A stretch of DNA of 64,000 nt from Patescibacteria group bacterium (GTDB taxonomy: Bacteria > Patescibacteriota > Patescibacteriia > Patescibacteriales > UBA12465), in contig JBAZKO010000001.1 in assembly GCA_041650775.1 (NCBI GenBank), positions 65,259-129,258 on the forward strand, read 5' to 3'. Both the position numbers and the translations under genes were made by a program. Positions 56,847 to 64,000 of the stretch are shown piece by piece; within the stretch, counting starts at the first letter, position 1, and each line of letters starts with the position of its first letter. A model generated the notes under the pieces. It had not been told where the DNA came from. It did not search any database and was given only the letters and a program-made list of their open reading frames with translations.

Positions 56847-58148
56847 ATGGCTAATTTATTGATAGAAGGGGGTAAAAAACTGCACGGCACGCTTAAAACC
56901 GGCTCGGCGAAAAATTCGGCGGTGGCAATTTTATGCGCGACGGTGATGCTTAAAGGAAAAACCACTTTAGACGACATCCCGCGTATCGAGGAGGTCTATC
57001 GGATCATCGAAATCCTGTCTTCTTTAGGTCTGAAAATAAACTGGTCCGGAGAACATGCTTTGGAAATAATTAACGACGGCCGCCTGTACCCCGAGCGGAT
57101 TGATCGAGAATCTTTTATCAAAACCCGTTCCGCTCTTCTGCTGATGGGTTCTTTAACCGCTCATTTTAAAAATTTTTCCCTGCCCAAAGCCGGCGGCTGT
57201 AAATTAGGCAAACGAACCGTCAACCCTTATATCATCGCTTTAAAATATCTGGGAATCAAGGTAAAAGAAACGGCTAACGCTTATAACATTAGCTATGAAC
57301 GGAAAAAAGCGGCACGGTTTACGCTATACGAAACTAGCGACACCGGGACGGAAAATACGATCATGGCCGCGATTCTCGCTCCGGGCGAAACGATTATTAA
57401 TTTCGCGTCTGCCAATTACATGGTCCAGGATCTGGTCATCTTTTTAAAAAAAGCCGGCGCAAAAATAGATTGGAACGGAACTAATTTAAAAATCAGCGGC
57501 GTCAAAGAATTGCGGCCGGTCAAAAATTACCCGATTATGCCTGATCCGATTGAATCGATGGCTTTTATTTCTTTGGCCATTACCACCAAATCCAACCTAA
57601 AAATTACTAATTGCCCGATTGATTTCTTATTGCTCGAAATAGAAAAACTGAAAGTGATGGGTCAAAAATTCAAAATCGGCCGGCTTTACAAATCAAAAAA
57701 CGGTTATTTCGACTTGGCGGATATTGAAGTGATTCCCGGCCGCTTGAGAGCTTTGCCCGATAAAATCCACCCCCAGCCTTATCCCGGTTTAAATATCGAC
57801 AATCTCCCTCTTTTCGTCCCGATTCTGACTCAAGCCGAGGGAGCGACCCTGGTTCATGATTGGATCTACGAAAATCGGGCGATTTATTATATTGAATTAA
57901 GCCGGCTGGGCGCGAATATCATGCTCCATGATCCGCATCGCGTTACCGTCACCGGCCCAACCGAACTGAAACCCAACGAAATTGTCTGTCCGCCGGCGCT
58001 CCGGCCGTCAATCAATATTTTAATCTGTATGCTCGCCGCCAAAGGACAATCGATTCTGCGGAATTCTTATTCCATTGACCGTGGTTACGAAAACTTATAC
58101 GAACGGCTGAATAAGGTCGGGGCGGAAATAACCATTCTTGACCGTTAA
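56847..58148 (+). CDS. murA: UDP-N-acetylglucosamine 1-carboxyvinyltransferase
   Basis: AKNSA, GGCKLGKR with the active-site Cys, TEN, PDPIE, YPG, ENR, IDRGYE. Confidence 0.92.
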   Translation: MANLLIEGGKKLHGTLKTGSAKNSAVAILCATVMLKGKTTLDDIPRIEEVYRIIEILSSLGLKINWSGEHALEIINDGRLYPERIDRESFIKTRSALLLMGSLTAHFKNFSLPKAGGCKLGKRTVNPYIIALKYLGIKVKETANAYNISYERKKAARFTLYETSDTGTENTIMAAILAPGETIINFASANYMVQDLVIFLKKAGAKIDWNGTNLKISGVKELRPVKNYPIMPDPIESMAFISLAITTKSNLKITNCPIDFLLLEIEKLKVMGQKFKIGRLYKSKNGYFDLADIEVIPGRLRALPDKIHPQPYPGLNIDNLPLFVPILTQAEGATLVHDWIYENRAIYYIELSRLGANIMLHDPHRVTVTGPTELKPNEIVCPPALRPSINILICMLAAKGQSILRNSYSIDRGYENLYERLNKVGAEITILDR

Positions 58149-58151
58149 TTT

Positions 58152-59480
58152 ATGTCCAAAAAAATTCGCGACTATCTTTTTTACGCCTTTATCTTCCTTT
58201 TTGTCGTGGGAACGGTTCTGGTTTCTCTTTATGCTTCCGGCTATAAAATAAATCTCAGCTGGCCGCCGAAATTCAATCGTCTGCTGATTAAAACCGGGAT
58301 GCTGGCTCTGGACAGTTCTCCTCGCGGCGCCAAAATCTATCTGGACGGTAAAGCGCAAACTAACTCGTCCCTGATGCCCTGGGAAAAAGAATATCTAACG
58401 ACCGCCGCGAAGATAAAAAATCTCCTGCCGGGCGAATATGAATTAAAATTGGAACGCGATGGTTATTGGCCCTTAAACAAGAAAGTTAGCATCTATTCCG
58501 GCCAAACGACTTTTTTAGAAAATATCAACCTTTTTCGCAATGATCTTCCCTTGTTAATCATCCCGGTTCCGGTCGGCGAAATAGAACTCAGCCCCAGCCG
58601 AAAGTATCTCTACGCGTCTGGTTCTCAAAAAATAATCACTCTTAAAACCGAACAGGAAAAAACTTTACCGTTTCCGACCGATGAAACGGGTGTTTGGCGG
58701 AAAAACAGCGATGAGCTATTAAGCGGCGGGCGTTTATTCAACGCGGAAAAAAAGACTGAAACGGATTACCGACAGTTAATCGGCACTGACGCCAGCGACT
58801 GGTATTACGACGAGAACTCCAACCGGCTTTATTATCGAAATAAAAATTCGCTCGCCTATTTGGATCTCAACCAAAATAACAGTGTCCTGGTCGCCGCCGG
58901 CGAAGATTATCAGACCTACGAACCGCGCGGCGAAGAATTGTTCTTAGTGACTGGCGGGACTTCAACCGTCTTAAAAAAATACTCCTTAAAAACCAAAAAA
59001 AACGAACAGGAAATCGTTTTACCTAATGTCGGCCATTATCTTTTCCAGCGCGGCGACAGCAAATTCCTGACAGTCTACGACGACCAGAATAAAACTTTAT
59101 ACTTACTGAATCCGGCGAATATCGCCAGTAGCGAAAAAATAATAAAGAACGTCACTAGCTGGCAGTGGCTGGACGAAGAAAGTTTGCTTTACAGTAATAA
59201 CTGGGAAATTTATTTCTTCAGCCTAAAAACCGGCACTTCTTCTCTTTTAACCCGCGTCAGCGAAGAAATCGTCAAGATTATCTGGAATAAAAACGATGAA
59301 TATCTGATTTTTTCCACCACGCAAAGTTTAAATGCCTTCGATTTGAAAACCGGAATAATAACGGCCATCTTTAAAACAGAAAAAATCGCTTCGCCGGTTT
59401 TAGACGATAAAGACGGAATTTTATATTTCTGGGCGCAAATCGGCCAGCAAGAGGGGGTCTACCGCATTTTCCTGCAATAA
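58152..59480 (+). CDS. Membrane-anchored PEGA-domain/beta-propeller protein
   Basis: N-terminal TM, SSPRGAKIYLDG, LLPGEY...GYWP. Confidence 0.8.
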   Translation: MSKKIRDYLFYAFIFLFVVGTVLVSLYASGYKINLSWPPKFNRLLIKTGMLALDSSPRGAKIYLDGKAQTNSSLMPWEKEYLTTAAKIKNLLPGEYELKLERDGYWPLNKKVSIYSGQTTFLENINLFRNDLPLLIIPVPVGEIELSPSRKYLYASGSQKIITLKTEQEKTLPFPTDETGVWRKNSDELLSGGRLFNAEKKTETDYRQLIGTDASDWYYDENSNRLYYRNKNSLAYLDLNQNNSVLVAAGEDYQTYEPRGEELFLVTGGTSTVLKKYSLKTKKNEQEIVLPNVGHYLFQRGDSKFLTVYDDQNKTLYLLNPANIASSEKIIKNVTSWQWLDEESLLYSNNWEIYFFSLKTGTSSLLTRVSEEIVKIIWNKNDEYLIFSTTQSLNAFDLKTGIITAIFKTEKIASPVLDDKDGILYFWAQIGQQEGVYRIFLQ

Positions 59481-59495
59481 AACCCGACAAAAGCC

Positions 59496-60371
59496 TTACC
59501 CTTTGCTCAATTCCTTGATCAGTTTCTTCAAATCAGCTCCAATCTCTTTGTCTTTCAAACCGAATTTTAAAGTCGCTTCAATAAAATTAAGTTTATTACC
59601 GGTGTCCAGCCACTCGCCCTCTATCTTCTTGCCATAAATCGGCCGCGACGCTTCCAGCATCGTGTCAAAAGCGTCGGCCAGACGAATTTCTCCGGAGCGG
59701 CCGGACTTCATACCTCCCAGTGTCCGTAAAACTTCCGGCGTAATAGCGTAAATCCCGACGGCCGCCAGATTGGAAGGAGCGGAAGCGACTGACGGTTTTT
59801 CGACGAATTTTTTGATTTCATAATTACCGTCGCCCAAATCCAATCCGTCGATGACGCCGAACTTACTAACGTCCTTCCTGTCCACTTCCGACAAACCAAC
59901 GACCGAGTCGCCGTATTTTTCAAAAGTTTCCATAACTTGCTTGATTGGGGAGATTGGCGCGTCATATAAAGTATCGCCGAACATCACCATAACCGGTTCA
60001 TCATCACGCACTAAATGCGCCGCGCATAAGACAGCGTGCCCGTCGCCGAGCGGAATCGGCTGGCGAACATAAGAAAATTTCGCCAAGTTTTCTATTTCTT
60101 TCACTTTTTTCAACAAATCGAGCTTATTCTTTTCCACCAAGGTTTTCTCCAATTCGAAAGAATAGTCAAAATGATCTTCAATCGCTCTTTTCCCCCGACC
60201 GGTAACAAAAATTATTTCTTCTATTCCGGCGCGAACCGCTTCTTCCACTAAATACTGAATGACCGGTTTGTCCACGATCATCAGCATTTCTTTCGGTTGA
60301 GCTTTTGTCGCCGGCAGAAATCGCGTGCCGAAACCGGCTACCGGAAAAATTGCTTTTTTAATTTTTAACAT
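59496..60371 (-). CDS. galU: UTP--glucose-1-phosphate uridylyltransferase
   Basis: AGFGTRFLPATKAQPKEM, IEDHFD, RQ..PLG.GHA, VEKP. Confidence 0.95.
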   Translation of the reverse strand: MLKIKKAIFPVAGFGTRFLPATKAQPKEMLMIVDKPVIQYLVEEAVRAGIEEIIFVTGRGKRAIEDHFDYSFELEKTLVEKNKLDLLKKVKEIENLAKFSYVRQPIPLGDGHAVLCAAHLVRDDEPVMVMFGDTLYDAPISPIKQVMETFEKYGDSVVGLSEVDRKDVSKFGVIDGLDLGDGNYEIKKFVEKPSVASAPSNLAAVGIYAITPEVLRTLGGMKSGRSGEIRLADAFDTMLEASRPIYGKKIEGEWLDTGNKLNFIEATLKFGLKDKEIGADLKKLIKELSKG

Positions 60372-60384
60372 AAAAATAAATAGC

Positions 60385-61227
60385 TTATTTTAAATTAGCT
60401 GTTCTCTGGTCTAACGACTTAATTTCAGTCTTTACTCCCCACTTTAAAAAATATTTCAACCAGGAAAAAATATGGTGCCAGGTCAGGCGATCCAAAAAAA
60501 TCGCGAAATACCAAGGATGTTTGGCGCTTTCCCGGGCATGATCGTGAATGACCGTCGCTTCGGAATTATAAACCACCTTTAACCCCCGCACCCAAAACTG
60601 GCGGCTTAAATCAGTATCCTCAAAATACATAAAATATCGGCAGTCGAACAACGGTTCGAAAATTCGGCCGTCTGGCAAAGGCTGGCGGCGACGGAACATC
60701 AGACACGAACCCATCAGCCAATCGACTTCCCGGATAGAATCATGATCAAAATCATCCATGGTAAAACGGTCACGGACTTCTTTGAAATAATCACCTAAAA
60801 AAGTCCGGCGTAAAATCGGCATAAAAAAATTAGGCCAACGGGCGCAGGAAGATTGCAGAGAACCGTCGGGATATAAGAGTTTCGGTCCAACCATCCCCGT
60901 CGTCGGATTATTTTTTAAATAATCCAACAAAATTTTAATCGCTTTACCTCTAATAATCGTATCCGGATTAAGAACCAAAATAAACTCCCCGACAGCATTT
61001 TTAATTCCCAAATTATTGCCGCCGCCCATCCCCATATTTTTCGAAGCCTTAAGCAGACGCAGACGCGAATAAAGAGCCGGCAAATCCTGCAAATCATCGC
61101 CAGAATCGTTATCGACGACAACAATTTCATAATCAATTTCCGGCATCTCGGCCGGAATTATTGCCGCCAAAGAAAAAAGGAGCTTTTGCCGACTTTTATA
61201 GTTGACGATAATGATTGATAAATCCAT
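60385..61227 (-). CDS. Glycosyltransferase family 2 (WbbL-like)
   Basis: SIIIVNY, VDNDS, LNPD, YFMYFEDTD. Confidence 0.9.
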   Translation of the reverse strand: MDLSIIIVNYKSRQKLLFSLAAIIPAEMPEIDYEIVVVDNDSGDDLQDLPALYSRLRLLKASKNMGMGGGNNLGIKNAVGEFILVLNPDTIIRGKAIKILLDYLKNNPTTGMVGPKLLYPDGSLQSSCARWPNFFMPILRRTFLGDYFKEVRDRFTMDDFDHDSIREVDWLMGSCLMFRRRQPLPDGRIFEPLFDCRYFMYFEDTDLSRQFWVRGLKVVYNSEATVIHDHARESAKHPWYFAIFLDRLTWHHIFSWLKYFLKWGVKTEIKSLDQRTANLK

Positions 61228-61248
61228 AGAAAAATTTAACCGCCTCGC

Positions 61249-62325
61249 TTATTTAAATTGAAGAAACAATTTCACCAACCGCCAATATAAATCGAAGACC
61301 GGATTAACCAGATACTTCAGCACCGGATTCGCGATTTCCTGAAATTCAATCCGCCCGGCGAAATCAGCGGCGATTTGGGAAAATGGTACGAGACTGATTT
61401 CTTTTATTTTCCGTCTTTCCTCGGCAATCCGGACATAATTTTTATAATTTAAAAAATAGCCGTAAATCTTTATTTCGGTGCCAAACCAACTGTTAAATAA
61501 GGAAAAAAATAACAGGCCGATATCCATTACCAAGCATGGCAGGCCGATCAGAAAGAAAAAGTAGGCCGGATAATACGACAACATGGTTAAATAACGGTTC
61601 CGTTCCATATAATAAAGCATTTTCGTACTACGAGTAAATTCGTACTTGTGAAAAATAATTGATTGCGGCGCCAGAATAATCTTATAGCCGGCTAATTTCG
61701 TTTTCAGGCTTAACGTTAGATCGTCATGATACATGAACAGTTCTTCGTTGTAACCGCCGATTTTCTCAAATACGGCGGGGCGGATTATGAACGAACAGCC
61801 GCTAGCATAACCTTTTATTTCCGGATAACCGCTAATCTCCCGATCTGATTCGCCGTAAGCGGAAGTAAAACCGAAACCTAAAAAATGGATTATATTGCCC
61901 AGACTGTTTATTTTCGGCTGTTTTTTTTCCGCTTCGTTTCTCGGATAGAGTAAAATTTTCGACTGCGCGATTCCGGCGGACGGATTTTCCTCAAGAGCTA
62001 CCACTAATTTCGTCAGCCAATCAGGCTTCATTTCCGTATCCATATTAACCGTCACCAAATATTCACAGCCGTCCGTCAGCGCCCGCTTGAATCCTAGATT
62101 ACTAGCGGCGCAATAATTACCGTCAAGACGCGACAAAATCAGCGCCTCCGGATAACTTTCTTTAAGATATGCGAGCGATTCCGGCGTGGAGGCGTTATCT
62201 ACTATATAAATAAGCGTATTTCCTGCCGGATAGTCCTGCGCGCGCAAAGAATCCCGACAGGCTGTCAGGAAGCGCCGCGCATAATCTTTATAATTTACCA
62301 AAATTATTCCGACTTTTTTAGGCAT
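61249..62325 (-). CDS. Glycosyltransferase family 2
   Basis: IILVNY, VDNAS, NMD, FMYHDD. Confidence 0.9.
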   Translation of the reverse strand: MPKKVGIILVNYKDYARRFLTACRDSLRAQDYPAGNTLIYIVDNASTPESLAYLKESYPEALILSRLDGNYCAASNLGFKRALTDGCEYLVTVNMDTEMKPDWLTKLVVALEENPSAGIAQSKILLYPRNEAEKKQPKINSLGNIIHFLGFGFTSAYGESDREISGYPEIKGYASGCSFIIRPAVFEKIGGYNEELFMYHDDLTLSLKTKLAGYKIILAPQSIIFHKYEFTRSTKMLYYMERNRYLTMLSYYPAYFFFLIGLPCLVMDIGLLFFSLFNSWFGTEIKIYGYFLNYKNYVRIAEERRKIKEISLVPFSQIAADFAGRIEFQEIANPVLKYLVNPVFDLYWRLVKLFLQFK

Positions 62326-62341
62326 AAAAATAAGGGGTGTT

Positions 62342-63178
62342 TCATTTTATAAAAACTCTAATTACCCCCCAAACAATTTTCAAAATCCAATATTCCCATT
62401 TCTTTCCCCATTTCTGAAAATATTTTAACATTGATTCGCTAAAATATTTTTGCCCCTGCCCGCGCTTAATCTGTCGGAAACTCGCTCCCACGTAATCCAC
62501 GCATTGCGCCGCCGGAGTATACCAAACCTCCCCTCCCAGCTTATAAACCTGACGGCAGAAATCCACTTCTTCAAACCAGATGAAATAACGCTCATCCAAA
62601 AACGGCCGGTCCGACCCGCTGATTTTTCGATAATTCTCACGATTGATAAGAAAAAACGCGCCGCGTATCGAATCGACTTTGGCGGCCGCCGCATAGTTGA
62701 AATCCGCACATAGATATTTATTGACCGCGGCGGGAATAAGGTGCGGCACTTTTAAAGTAATCAATAATTGGTCAAAAAATCCCGGAAAACGACGGACTTG
62801 TCTGATGACTTCTCCGTTTTCATCAATTAATTTACAACCGCTGACCGTAGCCGACGGATTATTATTCGCCCAGGCTAAAACTTTTTCCAGAGTGTCCGGC
62901 TGAACCCGCATATCCGGATTAAGAAGCAAAATAAATTCTCCCGTCGCCAGTTTAATCGCCTGATTATTCGCCTGGGCGAATCCTAAATTTTCCGAGTTAG
63001 CTATCAGGCGGGCGGCAGGAAATTCAGCGCACACCATGTCAACACTGCTGTCAGTAGAGTCATTATCGACGACGAACACTTCGAATTTAAAATCGCCAGA
63101 CGATTCAAATAAGGATTTTAAATTAGTCCGTAATTTGTCTTTGACATTCCAAGAGACGATGATGATTGATATGTCCAT
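62342..63178 (-). CDS. Glycosyltransferase family 2 (WbbL-like)
   Basis: SIIIVSWN, VDNDS, NLGFA..NN, LLNPD, FEEVD. Confidence 0.9.
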   Translation of the reverse strand: MDISIIIVSWNVKDKLRTNLKSLFESSGDFKFEVFVVDNDSTDSSVDMVCAEFPAARLIANSENLGFAQANNQAIKLATGEFILLLNPDMRVQPDTLEKVLAWANNNPSATVSGCKLIDENGEVIRQVRRFPGFFDQLLITLKVPHLIPAAVNKYLCADFNYAAAAKVDSIRGAFFLINRENYRKISGSDRPFLDERYFIWFEEVDFCRQVYKLGGEVWYTPAAQCVDYVGASFRQIKRGQGQKYFSESMLKYFQKWGKKWEYWILKIVWGVIRVFIK

Positions 63179-63191
63179 ATTACGAAACCGG

Positions 63192-63458
63192 CTACCGGCC
63201 GATTTTGATTAATTTCAATCTTTCACCGATGCCACTAAGAATTTTTACTTGATATTTACGAACGCCTAGTTCGGTAGCCAAAAATTTAATCAACTCCTGG
63301 TTAGCCTTCCCTTTTTCCGGCGCGGCACCAATAGCCACTTTGATGGTTCCATCCGACATGGTTCCTAAAAAGCCAGTCTTACCGGCCCCGGGCAAAACCT
63401 TAATTCTTAAATAAATTTCTTTATTATTAGCTAAATTTTCAATAAATTTGGTTAACAT
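63192..63458 (-). CDS. DUF167/YggU-family protein
   Basis: IKVLPGA, APEKGKANQELIKFLA. Confidence 0.88.
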   Translation of the reverse strand: MLTKFIENLANNKEIYLRIKVLPGAGKTGFLGTMSDGTIKVAIGAAPEKGKANQELIKFLATELGVRKYQVKILSGIGERLKLIKIGR

Positions 63459-63650
63459 TGTTTTTAATTTTTAAACTGACTACAGCTAACTTATTCTTAC
63501 CCCTAGTTTACCTCTTTTTTAGGCTTTTTAAAAGCCTAAACAGAATATAAAACCCCTTCTGTCAAGATTTATTTTATTAAAATAATGAGTTAGAATATAG
63601 GTACTTACCAATCATTTAGCAAGCGTTAATAAGAAATTAAAATTAATCTT

Positions 63651-64000
63651 ATGGGCGAACAGAATGACGAAAAAAAAGAACCTTATAAGCGTCCTTCCTG
63701 GGATGAATATTTTATGAAAATAGTGGAGATGGTCGGGACGCGCGGCAACTGTGACCGTTTTCGCGGCGGTTGCGTCGTTACTCGCAATCGGCGCATAGTC
63801 GTAACCGGTTATAACGGCGCTCCGGTCGGAGCCCCGACCTGCGACGAAGTCGGCCATGAAATGCATACTGTCGTTAATGAAGACGGCACCCAGAGCCGTC
63901 ATTGCATCCGGACGACTCACGCCGAACAGAACGCTATCTGCGAAGCGGCTCGAATGGGTATAAGCTTAGATGGCGGTACTTTATATTGTCAGATGACTCC
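63651..64000 (+). CDS. dCMP deaminase (ComEB-like), runs off the window
   Basis: Manual translation RPSWDEYFM...TGYNG...HAEQNAI...LYCQMT. Confidence 0.9.
   Translation, partial: MGEQNDEKKEPYKRPSWDEYFMKIVEMVGTRGNCDRFRGGCVVTRNRRIVVTGYNGAPVGAPTCDEVGHEMHTVVNEDGTQSRHCIRTTHAEQNAICEAARMGISLDGGTLYCQMT

Noticed and set aside
63612-63920. 102-aa minus-strand ORF
   Set aside because: Antisense shadow of the dCMP deaminase on the + strand
1-64000. Alternative genetic code (TGA = Gly, as in Gracilibacteria)
   Set aside because: Conserved genes are full length under code 11 and several end at TGA (response regulator, recR, HTH regulator)

Overview
A 64-kb, gene-dense chromosomal segment using standard code 11 (TGA acts as a stop). 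Gene content and AT-rich, mostly SD-less leaders suggest a Patescibacteria/CPR (Parcubacteria-like) genome; this is inferred, not proven. The backbone is housekeeping: hisS, rarA, rpmG, mutM, tpiA, gyrB, eno, pgk, queH, clpB, def, fmt, dnaB, recR, rplU, murA, galU, GT2 enzymes and six tRNAs. Main signals: (1) a 950-bp non-autonomous integrative element in tRNA-Glu. Excising it in silico restores the tRNA's G1-C72 pair and CCA end, and swaps the C-terminus of a recombinase remnant. (2) An ECF sigma/anti-sigma locus with three exact GAAGAA-N15-CGTATT promoters that define a local regulon of secreted proteins and a MacAB/YknXYZ-like exporter. (3) Scattered ORFan cassettes sharing a sigma70 promoter, a boxA-like motif and a terminator. 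(4) Three intact ORFs lacking catalytic or substrate-handling motifs: a half iPGM, an HtrA-like protein and a membrane-anchored Clp. (5) A CIRCE-controlled ClpB with an IGF loop, and phased DnaA-box-like sites upstream of dnaB. No CRISPR array, rRNA or intact transposase was seen. All calls come from reading the sequence; no searches were run.
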